Assembly: GCA_048268245.1 (NCBI GenBank)
Contig: JBLWVX010000003.1
Span: forward strand, 64,001-128,000
From: Arcobacteraceae bacterium
GTDB taxonomy: Bacteria > Campylobacterota > Campylobacteria > Campylobacterales > Arcobacteraceae
Length of the DNA stretch: 64,000 bases
Direction: 5' to 3'
In this document: positions 10,558 to 20,451 of the stretch, piece after piece
How positions within the stretch are numbered: position 1 is the stretch's first letter
Layout of the letters: every line of letters starts with the position of its first letter
The notes under the pieces: generated by a model
Databases searched by the model: none
The model's input: only the letters and a program-made list of their open reading frames with translations
Told to the model about the DNA's origin: nothing
Made by a program: the position numbers and the translations under genes

Positions 10558-12408
10558 TTGTATAGTTTAATATTTAAAAAAATATTACAAAATAGAAACG
10601 ATTTTACTAATGATGAGATTAATAAACTTGAAGACTTTATAAAAGAAGAGATTATCCTTACGGATAACGATAAATATTTATTAAATTCTAAATATAAAGT
10701 GGGTTTTATAAAATTACAAAATAAAAGAGCTAAATTAAAAGATTTATTCAATGAATATAAGGATATAAATTTAGATTTCGAGCATTTATCAGGTGCTTAT
10801 GATGGAGATTTTGTTTTAGCAAAAAGAGTATTTAATCCTAGAAGTAAAATAAAAGCAAAAGTATTAAGAGTTTTAGATGGTAAAGATGGAGAAGTACTTC
10901 TTTATGTAAAAGACAAAAAGTTTTATACAATAAAAGAGAATATAGAACTTGAAAATAAAGGTGCTACAAAATACGAAGAAGGAGATGTTTTATTAGTTGA
11001 TAACAAAACATTAGATTTAATAAAAAATATTGGAAATATAAAAGATCCTAAAGTAGATGAGTTTATATCTTTACACCTTTATAATGAAATAATAAGACTT
11101 GAAAAGCCTTTAGAAGTTAATGCTTTAATGGATGATGAAAAACAAAGAGTTGATTTAAGGGATTTACCATTTTGTACTATAGATCCAAATAGTGCAAAAG
11201 ACCATGATGATGCAATTTATTATGATGAAAAAGATGCAATTTTATATGTAGCGATTGCTGATGTTTCATATTTTGTAAAAGAAGGAAGTGAACTTGATAA
11301 ATTAGCTTTCAAAAAATCAACTTCTGTATATCTTCCGGGCAAAGTTTTGCCTATGCTACCAAATGAGTTAAGTGAAGATATGTGTTCATTAAAAGAAGGA
11401 GTTGATAGATACTCTTATGTTTTTAAAATGCATTTAGATTTAGAGAATAAAGATGTAAAAAAAGCAGAATTATTCGAAGCTATTATAAACTCTCACAAGA
11501 AGTTTTCATATGGAAGAATTGATAGGGTTTTAGAAGGACATCTTGATCAATATAATAATGTAGAAAAAGAAATTTTTGATTATTTACTTCCTTTATATGA
11601 GGTTACAAAAAGTTTTAGGACAAAAAGACTTGAAAAAGGTTATGATTTTAGAACAAGTGAATTTAGACTAAAACTTAAAAATGGTGAACTTTTTGGAATA
11701 GATGAAGAAGAATCAACAGCATCTCATCAATTAATAGAAGAGTGTATGCTTTTAGCAAATATTCAAGCTAGTAAAAAAGTTAATAGTATTGGAATATTTA
11801 GAATACATGAAGAACCACCTTTTAAAGCTATATCTCAATTAGTAGATGATGTAAATATTTTAGGTGTTAAAGTAAAGCTTAAAAGTGATGTTCATGACAC
11901 AATTACGCATATTCAAGAAAAAGCCTCTCATAGTGTCTTAAGTGAAGAGATTGATGAGCTTATTATTCATGCGCAAACTCAAGCAAAATATAGTTCTAGA
12001 AATTTAGGACACTTTGGTTTAGGTTTTAAGTCATACTCTCATTTTACTAGTCCTATTAGAAGATATTCAGATTTAGTTTTACATAGAATGCTAAAAACAA
12101 AAAATACACCTGAAAATATAGATGAGATTTGTGAGTATATTTCTACAAGAGAAAGAGAAGTTGATAAACTTGTTTGGGATTTTGAAGATAGAAAGTATGC
12201 TAGATGGGCAGCTAAAAATATTGGAACAGAAATAAAAGTAAAAATCATTGATATTGAAAGAAGTAAAGCTGTTTGTTATGATAAGGCTAAGGGAATGAAA
12301 GTTACTTTAGATAATTATAAAGGACAAAATTTATACACTAAATTAAGAGTTAAAATAAAAGAAGCCGATATTGTTACAAAACAAATAATTGCTTCAATTA
12401 AGTACTAA
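10558..12408 (+). CDS. rnr: Ribonuclease R (RNB domain)
   Basis: TIDPNSAKDHDDA, HFGLGF..YSHFTSPIRRYSDL; TTG start. Confidence 0.92.
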   Translation: MYSLIFKKILQNRNDFTNDEINKLEDFIKEEIILTDNDKYLLNSKYKVGFIKLQNKRAKLKDLFNEYKDINLDFEHLSGAYDGDFVLAKRVFNPRSKIKAKVLRVLDGKDGEVLLYVKDKKFYTIKENIELENKGATKYEEGDVLLVDNKTLDLIKNIGNIKDPKVDEFISLHLYNEIIRLEKPLEVNALMDDEKQRVDLRDLPFCTIDPNSAKDHDDAIYYDEKDAILYVAIADVSYFVKEGSELDKLAFKKSTSVYLPGKVLPMLPNELSEDMCSLKEGVDRYSYVFKMHLDLENKDVKKAELFEAIINSHKKFSYGRIDRVLEGHLDQYNNVEKEIFDYLLPLYEVTKSFRTKRLEKGYDFRTSEFRLKLKNGELFGIDEEESTASHQLIEECMLLANIQASKKVNSIGIFRIHEEPPFKAISQLVDDVNILGVKVKLKSDVHDTITHIQEKASHSVLSEEIDELIIHAQTQAKYSSRNLGHFGLGFKSYSHFTSPIRRYSDLVLHRMLKTKNTPENIDEICEYISTREREVDKLVWDFEDRKYARWAAKNIGTEIKVKIIDIERSKAVCYDKAKGMKVTLDNYKGQNLYTKLRVKIKEADIVTKQIIASIKY

Positions 12409-12409
12409 G

Positions 12410-12778
12410 TTATTCTTTAAGATTTGTAAATAATTTAGGTATTTTATCTTTTATAATATATTGGCCAATTAAATTGTGTCTTTTATTTATTAAAATTGGG
12501 GCTACAAGATTTACTATTGATTTTTCAATAGGGTCTTGAAGTACCACAGAAAAATATATATCAAAGTCTTCTCTTGATCTTATATGCATTTTCTCTAAGA
12601 TATCATCTTCAATATTGAAATCAAAAGCAGCATGTTGTAAGTACTTTATATTTACAATTGTAAAGTTAATCATATTCTCTTTATCAAGAATTAAAGTTGA
12701 GAAATATTCGTCTAGTTTTTCTAAGTTTACTTTTTTAATTTCATCAAATCCAAGTAAAGGAATAGTAATTTCGTACAT
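12410..12778 (-). CDS. fliW: Flagellar assembly factor / CsrA antagonist FliW
   Basis: PLLGFDEIK N-terminus, S.VNLVAPILIN; start moved to ATG 12778, after AAGG. Confidence 0.85.
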   Translation of the reverse strand: MYEITIPLLGFDEIKKVNLEKLDEYFSTLILDKENMINFTIVNIKYLQHAAFDFNIEDDILEKMHIRSREDFDIYFSVVLQDPIEKSIVNLVAPILINKRHNLIGQYIIKDKIPKLFTNLKE

Positions 12779-12840
12779 TTGAAGCCTTTTTTGTAGTGAC
12801 ACAATTTTATTGAAAGTATACTTAGGATATGATATATCTT

Positions 12841-13821
12841 ATGTATAGAAACGAATTTGATAATCATTTAAAACAGAATAAAAAATTTAATGCTTATATG
12901 TTTTTTGGTCAATCAACTTTTTTAGTTGAGTATTATGCTTCTAAAGTAGCGCAACTACATGGTAATAAAGAAGATGTAGAAAAACTATATTTTGATGATT
13001 ATGATTTCAAATATGCAAAAGATAAACTTTTGCAATCCTCTTTATTTTCTGACAATAATATACTTTTAATAAAATTAGATAAAAAAAGACCTAAAAAAGA
13101 AGTTATGGAGCTAATTGAAGCTTGTAATACAAATAGTAATAGTACAGTAATCTTCTCATGTTTAGGTGATAGTGAATTTAAAACAATGGGAAGCTATTTT
13201 AGTGATAAAACAAACTCTGTTAGCATTAGAATGTTCTCACCTGCAAATCATGAAGCTATAAAAATTTTAGAGAATGAAGCTAGAGCATTAGGCATAAATT
13301 ATGAAATACCTGCTTTAAATCATTTATTTTTCATGCATAAAAATGACTTGTCACTATGTATGAATGATTTAAAAAAACTTGCAGTATTAGATGTAAAAAT
13401 TACTTCAAACATAATAAATAGTCATTGTTTTGGAATAGGTGATGTATCTTTTGAAGACTTCTTAAATGATTTAATTCAAGGAAAAGATATAAGCGATGAT
13501 TTGCAACTTTTATTAGAAGAGGGTGTAAATGAAATATATCTTTTATCTCAAGTGACTTCTTATGTTCAACAATTATTTATGATAAGCTCATATGCTAGAA
13601 CAATGGGTGCTCCAAACCCAAAAGAGATATTAGGTTTTGTTCCTCCAAAAAATATTTGGGAAAAGAAGTCAAAACTAGCAATAAATATTAAGCCAGAAGT
13701 CTTTGCTGATATGATGGAATATTTACTTGATATTGAACTAGAGTTTAAAACTTCAAAAATCACTAATCAAAACTTGTATTTACAAGCAACTCTAAGAAAG
13801 TTTACAGTTTTATTTAGATAA
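12841..13821 (+). CDS. holA: DNA polymerase III subunit delta
   Basis: MYRNEFD N-terminus, QSSLF clamp-binding motif, position before rpsF. Confidence 0.85.
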   Translation: MYRNEFDNHLKQNKKFNAYMFFGQSTFLVEYYASKVAQLHGNKEDVEKLYFDDYDFKYAKDKLLQSSLFSDNNILLIKLDKKRPKKEVMELIEACNTNSNSTVIFSCLGDSEFKTMGSYFSDKTNSVSIRMFSPANHEAIKILENEARALGINYEIPALNHLFFMHKNDLSLCMNDLKKLAVLDVKITSNIINSHCFGIGDVSFEDFLNDLIQGKDISDDLQLLLEEGVNEIYLLSQVTSYVQQLFMISSYARTMGAPNPKEILGFVPPKNIWEKKSKLAINIKPEVFADMMEYLLDIELEFKTSKITNQNLYLQATLRKFTVLFR

Positions 13822-13845
13822 AATCACGGACTTTACAAAAATTCA

Positions 13846-13895
13846 TCCTTGCTGATATTAGGAAATGTAAAGATACCGGCACACACTATAAGGAG
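13846..13895 (+). promoter_or_regulatory. rpsF leader RNA (S6:S18-binding autoregulatory element-like)
   Basis: TCCTT (13846-50) pairs with the SD AAGGA (13890-94); inner stem GCTG/CGGC; -10 TAAAAT at 13819-24. Confidence 0.65.
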
Positions 13896-13903
13896 AAAAA
13901 TAG

Positions 13904-14257
13904 ATGTCAAAATTAAAACATTACGAAACAATGTTTATTGTTAAACCTACTTTAACTGAAGAAGAGACTCAAGCTCAAATTGAAACTGTAAAAGCAAATA
14001 TTGCTAAAAATGGTGGAGAAGTTATTGCTTGTGATGATATGGGAACTAAGCAATTAGCTTACGAAATTGAAGGAAACAAAAGAGGTTATTACTATGTAAT
14101 TTACTTCAAAGGTGAACCATCAAGCATTAAAGAACTTGAAAGAAATTACAAGTTCAATGAAAATATCATTAGATTTATTTTCATTAAATATGAAAACAAA
14201 AAAGAAATCGCTGCATGGACTAAAATGAGCGACGAGGCAGCTAAAAAAGCTAACTAA
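13904..14257 (+). CDS. rpsF: 30S ribosomal protein S6
   Basis: [19 protein letters not shown]....GYY. Confidence 0.97.
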   Translation: MSKLKHYETMFIVKPTLTEEETQAQIETVKANIAKNGGEVIACDDMGTKQLAYEIEGNKRGYYYVIYFKGEPSSIKELERNYKFNENIIRFIFIKYENKKEIAAWTKMSDEAAKKAN

Positions 14258-14280
14258 TAAAATAAAGACAGGAACCACTT

Positions 14281-14817
14281 ATGTATAACAAAGTAATTAT
14301 GGTTGGAAATCTTACTAGAGATATTGAACTAAGATATTTACCTTCAGGTGCAGCAATTGCTAAATCTGCTGTTGCAACTTCATATAAATATAAAACATCT
14401 ACTGGTGAACAAAAAGATGAAGTTTGTTTTTTAGATTTTAATATCTTTGGTAGATCTGCTGAAGTTGCTAATCAGTACCTAAGAAAAGGTTCTAAAGTTT
14501 TATTAGAGGGAAGACTTGTATTTGAACAATGGACTGCTCAGGATGGAACTAACAGAAATAGACACTCTTTAAGAGTTGACACTATGAAAATGTTAGATTC
14601 AAAGAGTGATTCAATGAATAATGCATCTGGGGACAACCAAGGTTATAATCCACAAGGTGGATCGTATAATCAACCAGCTGCAAATCAATACAATAATATG
14701 AATTCTCAAAATAGTAATACGCAAAACAACTATGGTGGTATGAATAATCAAGCACAACAAATGCCTGAACAAAAAATACCTGAAATAGATATAGACGAAG
14801 ATGAAATACCGTTCTAG
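14281..14817 (+). CDS. ssb: Single-stranded DNA-binding protein
   Basis: [17 protein letters not shown]; acidic tail DEDEIPF. Confidence 0.98.
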   Translation: MYNKVIMVGNLTRDIELRYLPSGAAIAKSAVATSYKYKTSTGEQKDEVCFLDFNIFGRSAEVANQYLRKGSKVLLEGRLVFEQWTAQDGTNRNRHSLRVDTMKMLDSKSDSMNNASGDNQGYNPQGGSYNQPAANQYNNMNSQNSNTQNNYGGMNNQAQQMPEQKIPEIDIDEDEIPF

Positions 14818-14834
14818 AAAAAAAGGATTATAAA

Positions 14835-15092
14835 ATGGCTGAAAGAAGAAAATACGGAAAAAAATATTGTAAATACACTGAAATGAAAGTTGATTTCATT
14901 GATTACAAAAATACAGATTTATTAAAAATTTCAATGTCTGAAAGAGGTAAAATTATGCCTAGAAGACTTACTGGAAACTCTAAAAACTCTCAAGAAATGG
15001 TAGAGAAAGCAATCAAAAGAGCTAGACACATGGCTTTAGTTCCTTACATTGTTGATACTAAAAACGTTACTGATGCAGCATACGCTAAATAA
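14835..15092 (+). CDS. rpsR: 30S ribosomal protein S18
   Basis: IDYKN...[13 protein letters not shown]...[10 protein letters not shown]. Confidence 0.98.
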   Translation: MAERRKYGKKYCKYTEMKVDFIDYKNTDLLKISMSERGKIMPRRLTGNSKNSQEMVEKAIKRARHMALVPYIVDTKNVTDAAYAK

Positions 15093-15111
15093 GTAAAAGT
15101 TTTATAAATCT

Positions 15112-15146
15112 AAAAAGGGAAGAGGTTTTACCTCTTCCCTTTTTTT
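15112..15146 (+). terminator. Intrinsic terminator of rpsF-ssb-rpsR
   Basis: AAAAAGGGAAGAGG-TTTTA-CCTCTTCCCTTTTT followed by a T run. Confidence 0.9.
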
Positions 15147-15153
15147 ATATATT

Positions 15154-15339
15154 ATGAAAAGTTTATTAAAAGAGGCATTACGTCTACGATTTGAGTACTA
15201 TAATCTTTATGAAAATAAAGAGGATAAATGGCATAAAAAATATAAAAATCATGAATTATATAAAGTTGTAGTTGAGAGTTTTAAATATGATTTTACTCAA
15301 ATAGCACAGAAAATGCCAGAGTTATTAAAAAAGAGTTAA
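15154..15339 (+). CDS. Small hypothetical protein (61 aa)
   Basis: Fills the gap between two terminators; protein-like composition; no SD. Confidence 0.5.
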   Translation: MKSLLKEALRLRFEYYNLYENKEDKWHKKYKNHELYKVVVESFKYDFTQIAQKMPELLKKS

Positions 15340-15341
15340 TA

Positions 15342-15362
15342 AAAGAGGAGTAATCCTCTTTT
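15342..15362. terminator. Bidirectional hairpin between the small ORF and betT
   Basis: AAAGAGGA-GTAA-TCCTCTTT. Confidence 0.7.
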
Positions 15363-15367
15363 ATTTT

Positions 15368-17347
15368 TTAGTTAATTAAATGCATAAAATGCATGTGTTT
15401 TTCGTATTGATCAACAATATCACTTCTAATACTATCTTTTTCCCAAGCCATAATATCATAGTCTTGGCCACCTTCAATTAAGTGAACAATTGCACAAAAG
15501 TATAACTCGTCTTCTTCTCTTTCTTCATCATTTTTATCTTCATTTACAAAAGCAGGTTTAATTCTTGATATATTTTTTACTTGATATAAAAAGTTTTTAT
15601 TTTCACCAAAGTTAGTCTCTTCACCAAGATTTACAACTAAAGTTACTTTGTCATGAGTATCACTCATTTTTACTTCAACATCAAATTCATTTTTTCTTAA
15701 TACATTTGCAACATCTTCCATTGCTGGTTTTACAACTTTTTCTAAGAACCTTCTAACATTCTTTTTTGTTGGATAGTTTACAATATTATTAAGTCTTTTA
15801 TCCCAGTCTTCTGCATTTGTTGTTGATGTTGCCATTGTAGTAGAGTATTGTAAACTCTCCTTTTTAGCAATATCAAGTCTTAGTGCTTTTATAAGACCAT
15901 AAGTTGCAACTAATAAAACAATACTAAAAGGTAAGGCACTTGCAATAGTCATGGTTTGCAAGGCTGCTAAACCACCTGCAAGTATTAGAATAGATGCAAT
16001 AACGCCTTCTCCTACTGCCCAATAAACTCTTTGCCAAATTGGTGTATTGTCATTACCATTTGAACAAAGCATATCAATTACCATAGAACCTGAATCCGAA
16101 GATGTAACAAAGAATACAATAACCATAATTGTAGCAATTACAGAAGTAAGTGATGCAAAAGGAAAGTTCTCTAAAAATGCAAATAGTGCAACTGTAACAT
16201 CATTTGATACTGTAGTTCCAAGTTGTGTAATTCCTTTTACTAAAATTAAATCAATAGCAGAGTTACCAAAGAATGTCATCCACATTAATGTAAATCCAGT
16301 TGGTACTAATAAAACACCAAGTGTAAACTCTCTAATTGTTCTACCCCTTGAAATTCTAGCAATAAATAGACCTACAAATGGTGACCATGAAATCCACCAA
16401 GCCCAATATAAAATAGTCCATCCACCAATCCAGTCAGTTTTTTCATAAGCAAATAGATTAAAAGTACTACTTAGAATATTTGAGGCATATGAACCTATAT
16501 TTTGAACATAGGCTTGAAGTAAGAATACAGTTGGTCCTACTATTAAAATAAATAGTAAAAGTCCTACTGCTAATAAAAGATTTATTTCTGATAATCTTTT
16601 GATACCTTTATCAAGCCCTGTAGTTACAGAAAGTGTTGCAAGTGCAGTAACACCAAGAATTAAAATTACTTGTGTTGTAGGACCTACTGGAACATCCCAT
16701 AAATAGTTTAATCCTGTATTTACCTGTAAAACACCATAACCAAGTGATGTTGCAACCCCAAATAAAGTACCAATTACTGCAAAAATATCAACAGCATGAC
16801 CAATTGGTCCATAAATCTTATCCCCAATAATTGGATAAAGTGCTGATCTTAAAGTAAGTGGAAGATTATGTCTATAGCTAAAGAAGGCTAAAATAATTGC
16901 AACAATTGCATATATAGCCCATGCATGTAATCCCCAGTGAAAGAATGTAATTCTCATAGCTTCTCTTGCAGCCTCTACTGTACTTCCATCTCCAACAGGA
17001 GGATTTAAAAAATGCATTACAGGTTCTGCAACACCAAAAAACATTAAACCAATACCCATACCAGCTGAGAAAAGCATAGCAAACCAAGATAGGTTAGTAT
17101 AATCAGAGGTTGAATGATCAGGTCCTAGTTTAATATCTCCATATTTTGAAAAAGCTAAAAAAGCAACAGTTATTAAAATAATAGCAACAGTAAGAACATA
17201 GAACCAACTACCATTCTCTACTATTACTGCCTGTAAGGCTTTAAAAAAACTATCTGCTACTTTTGGAAAAACAGAAGCAAAAAGTGCTAAACATATAATT
17301 AACCCTGAGGAGACATAAAAAACAGTTTTATTTAATTTTGAAGTCAT
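15368..17347 (-). CDS. betT: BCCT-family osmolyte transporter with BetT-type C-terminal domain
   Basis: SAGMGIGLMF, FHWGLHAW, YWAWWISWSPFVGLFIARISRGRT; start ATG 17347 after AAGGA. Confidence 0.9.
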   Translation of the reverse strand: MTSKLNKTVFYVSSGLIICLALFASVFPKVADSFFKALQAVIVENGSWFYVLTVAIILITVAFLAFSKYGDIKLGPDHSTSDYTNLSWFAMLFSAGMGIGLMFFGVAEPVMHFLNPPVGDGSTVEAAREAMRITFFHWGLHAWAIYAIVAIILAFFSYRHNLPLTLRSALYPIIGDKIYGPIGHAVDIFAVIGTLFGVATSLGYGVLQVNTGLNYLWDVPVGPTTQVILILGVTALATLSVTTGLDKGIKRLSEINLLLAVGLLLFILIVGPTVFLLQAYVQNIGSYASNILSSTFNLFAYEKTDWIGGWTILYWAWWISWSPFVGLFIARISRGRTIREFTLGVLLVPTGFTLMWMTFFGNSAIDLILVKGITQLGTTVSNDVTVALFAFLENFPFASLTSVIATIMVIVFFVTSSDSGSMVIDMLCSNGNDNTPIWQRVYWAVGEGVIASILILAGGLAALQTMTIASALPFSIVLLVATYGLIKALRLDIAKKESLQYSTTMATSTTNAEDWDKRLNNIVNYPTKKNVRRFLEKVVKPAMEDVANVLRKNEFDVEVKMSDTHDKVTLVVNLGEETNFGENKNFLYQVKNISRIKPAFVNEDKNDEEREEDELYFCAIVHLIEGGQDYDIMAWEKDSIRSDIVDQYEKHMHFMHLIN

Positions 17348-17435
17348 TAAAATCCTTTGTATAATGTATTTGTTATTCATTATACAAAAAAAAGATAATG
17401 TTAAGTTTATATAAGTATAGTTTACTAAGTTTTTT

Positions 17436-17465
17436 AATAAAGCCTAACTTAAGTTAGGCTTTATT
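17436..17465 (-). terminator. Perfect 30-bp palindrome; terminator after cysS
   Basis: AATAAAGCCTAACTT/AAGTTAGGCTTTATT. Confidence 0.75.
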
Positions 17466-18864
17466 GTTTTTCCCAAACAACACCATTTGGCGTGTCCATT
17501 AAATTTATGTTCATTGCTGATAATTCATCTCTAACTTTATCAGCACTTTCAAAATCTTTAGCTTTTTTAGCTTCAGCTCTTTTTAAAATAAGTTCTTCAA
17601 TTTTATTTTTTGTTTGCTCATCAATTCCAAATTGGAAGTATTCATAAGCATCGCTTCCACCAAAACCTAAAGCTTCTTCAATGAACTCTAAAGATGCTAC
17701 AAGCTCTTTTTTGAAAGCTTTATCTTTTGGATTTTCATTTAACTTTTCATTTGCATTATTGATAAACTCATCAATAACTGAAAGGGCTTTAGAAGTATTT
17801 AAGTCATCATTTAAAGCTTCAATAATTGCAGCTTTAAAATCTTTGTTTATAGCAGATTTTCCACCACCATAAACTCTTTTTTTAACTCTATAAAACTTGT
17901 CTAATCTTTTTTTAGAAGCTATTAAGTCTTCTTCATTAAAATTAAAGTTTGCTCTATAGTGAGCTGTTATAAGATAAAATCTTACAACTTCTCCTGAGTA
18001 TGCTTTTAGAATATCTTTTAAGAAAAATGAGTTTCCAAGTGATTTACTCATTTTTTCACCATTGATATTTACAAAACCATTGTGCATCCAATATTTTGCT
18101 AAATGCTGTTTTGAGTCACATCTAGTTTGAGCTGCTTCATTTTCATGATGAGGGAAAAGTAAGTCAGCTCCTCCTCCATGAATATCAATTTGATATTCAC
18201 TATCTTCATAAGCTAAATGTTTTTTAATCATAGCAGAACATTCAATATGCCATCCTGGACGACCAAGACCAAATGGTGCTTCAAAACTTACGTCATTTTC
18301 TTTTGCAAATTTCCATAAGGCAAAGTCTGATGAGTTCCTTTTTTCAGTGTTTGTTACTACTCTTGATTGAGAGTTCTCATCACTTGCCATTGATGAAATA
18401 GAACCATAAGTTTCATCTTTTGAAGTATCAAAATATATACCATCGCTAGTTTTATAAGCAACATCTTTAGATATTAGGTTATTAATCATATCTTTCATAA
18501 TTTCAAGATTTTGTGTTGCTTTTGGCTCTAATGTATTATTTAATACATTTAAAGTTTTCATATCATTTTTATAAGCATTGATATACGAAGTAGTAATATC
18601 TTCAAGTGTTCTTGATGTTATATACATCTTTTTTATAATTTTATCATCAATATCAGTAAAGTTTTTTGTCATTGTTACTTCATAGTTGTTTATTTTAAAC
18701 ATTCTATGAAGTAAGTCAAATGCAATGGCACTTCTTGCATGACCTAAGTGTGAGTCATCATAAACTGTTGGCCCACACACATATATTTTTACTTGATTTT
18801 TCTTGATAGCTTCAAATTGAACTTTTTTCTTCTTTACTGAATCAAATATATTTATAGTTTTCAT
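17461..18864 (-). CDS. cysS: Cysteine--tRNA ligase
   Basis: YVCGPTVY..HLGH, GRPGWHIECS, HGGGADLLFPHHENE, KMSKS. Confidence 0.98.
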   Translation of the reverse strand: MKTINIFDSVKKKKVQFEAIKKNQVKIYVCGPTVYDDSHLGHARSAIAFDLLHRMFKINNYEVTMTKNFTDIDDKIIKKMYITSRTLEDITTSYINAYKNDMKTLNVLNNTLEPKATQNLEIMKDMINNLISKDVAYKTSDGIYFDTSKDETYGSISSMASDENSQSRVVTNTEKRNSSDFALWKFAKENDVSFEAPFGLGRPGWHIECSAMIKKHLAYEDSEYQIDIHGGGADLLFPHHENEAAQTRCDSKQHLAKYWMHNGFVNINGEKMSKSLGNSFFLKDILKAYSGEVVRFYLITAHYRANFNFNEEDLIASKKRLDKFYRVKKRVYGGGKSAINKDFKAAIIEALNDDLNTSKALSVIDEFINNANEKLNENPKDKAFKKELVASLEFIEEALGFGGSDAYEYFQFGIDEQTKNKIEELILKRAEAKKAKDFESADKVRDELSAMNINLMDTPNGVVWEKQ

Positions 18865-18865
18865 G

Positions 18866-20038
18866 TTATTTAAATAGTGCTTCTAAAGATGAAGTATCAG
18901 TTGTTTTTTCTTCATTATGATTTGAATCCATAGATGAAGTAGGTGTTTTACCTTCTATTTCAACTAACTCAATATCATATTTTGTAAGCATTGAAGCTAA
19001 TCTAATATTTAAACCAGATTTTCCAATAGCTTTTGATTTTTGATCACTTGGGATAGTAACTGTTGCTTTACCTTTTTCATTCCCTTCAGGTGCTTTATCA
19101 ATTTTTACAGATGATATAATTGCAGGAGATAAGGCTCTTGATAAGAACATTTCAGGAACAGTTGAGTATTCAACACAGTCAATATTTTCACCATTTAATT
19201 GTTGAGAAACTGCACCAATTCTAACACCTTTAACCCCAACAACAGAACCAATTGGGTCTATTTGTGGATCAGTAGTTAAAAGTGCAATTTTAGCTCTAGA
19301 ACCAGGAATTCTAGCACTAGCTTCAATAGAGATTTTTTCATCTTTAAGTTCAGGAACTTCAAGTTTTAATAATGACTCTAAGAATTTAGGGCTTGTTCTT
19401 GAAATTTCAATAATTAAACCATTTGATTTATCAATATTTACTGATTTTACAACTGCTTTGATTGTATCACCTATTCTAAATGACTCACCTTTGATTCTAC
19501 TTTTTCTAGCTAGCATACCTTTAACTTCACCAATTTCAATAAATGTATTTTCAGATCTATCTACTCTTGTTACAGTTCCTGAAATAATTTTTCCTACTTT
19601 GCTTTTATATTTGCTAACTAAATTCTCTTCAATAAATCTTTGAATTCTATACTCAAAGTTGTTATGTAAAATTGTAGCTGCGTTTCTTCCCATGTTTTCA
19701 AACTCAAGATCATAATCTACTGTATCACCAACTTCTAAGTCTTGATCAATCTCTTTTGCTTCAGATAATTCAATAAAGTTTTCAGGGTTAAGTTTATTTC
19801 CCCATTCATCTTCACCTAAACCTAAAGTTCTATTATCACCATCAGGTACAACTTCAATTTTTTGTGAAAGTTCTAACTTTTTACTTTCTCTATCAATATT
19901 TGCATCAAAGACTAATGTTTCATCCACCATTTTTTGGGCGGTTTTGATTAATGCTTCTTTTAAAGCATTTTCAACATCTTCAATTTTTAAGCCTTTTTCA
20001 TAGGCAATTGAATCTAAAATATCTATTATTTTGTCCAT
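18866..20038 (-). CDS. nusA: Transcription termination/antitermination factor NusA
   Basis: ARIPGSRAK, DPIGSVVG..G.RI, AIGKSGLNIRLA; start ATG 20038. Confidence 0.96.
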   Translation of the reverse strand: MDKIIDILDSIAYEKGLKIEDVENALKEALIKTAQKMVDETLVFDANIDRESKKLELSQKIEVVPDGDNRTLGLGEDEWGNKLNPENFIELSEAKEIDQDLEVGDTVDYDLEFENMGRNAATILHNNFEYRIQRFIEENLVSKYKSKVGKIISGTVTRVDRSENTFIEIGEVKGMLARKSRIKGESFRIGDTIKAVVKSVNIDKSNGLIIEISRTSPKFLESLLKLEVPELKDEKISIEASARIPGSRAKIALLTTDPQIDPIGSVVGVKGVRIGAVSQQLNGENIDCVEYSTVPEMFLSRALSPAIISSVKIDKAPEGNEKGKATVTIPSDQKSKAIGKSGLNIRLASMLTKYDIELVEIEGKTPTSSMDSNHNEEKTTDTSSLEALFK

Positions 20039-20189
20039 TAATAACCTTTTTTGTGTTGACATTGAAATGATTTGTTTTGATTTCCAATGTAATGTAGGCA
20101 GATATTATATCTAAAACTTCTTTTATACAAATTAAAGCAATTTTAAGATAAAATGTATAGTTACATTAAAAAAGAAAAGGGCTTAATAG

Positions 20190-20432
20190 ATGGAATTATT
20201 ATTTGCTAGAAACGAGTTAAATGAAAAACCCAAAAAAGTACAATTAGATAAGATTAAAGAAGAATTACAAAAAGAGGGTGAAAAAATTTTCTATTTTGAT
20301 AGAGATAATTCTCACAAAGATATGATGGCATTAGTAGATGCTTTAGAAGATGAAGGCTTAAATGTATATTTTAGAGAAGTTAAATACGGTTTAGCTGATG
20401 AAGAATATATGTATGAGGTTCATGCACTTTAA
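20190..20432 (+). CDS. HP0268-family small nuclease
   Basis: IFYFDRDNSHKD, FREVKYGL...EYMYEVH; position upstream of miaB. Confidence 0.85.
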   Translation: MELLFARNELNEKPKKVQLDKIKEELQKEGEKIFYFDRDNSHKDMMALVDALEDEGLNVYFREVKYGLADEEYMYEVHAL

Positions 20433-20451
20433 TAGAAAGTAGTTTAGCAAA

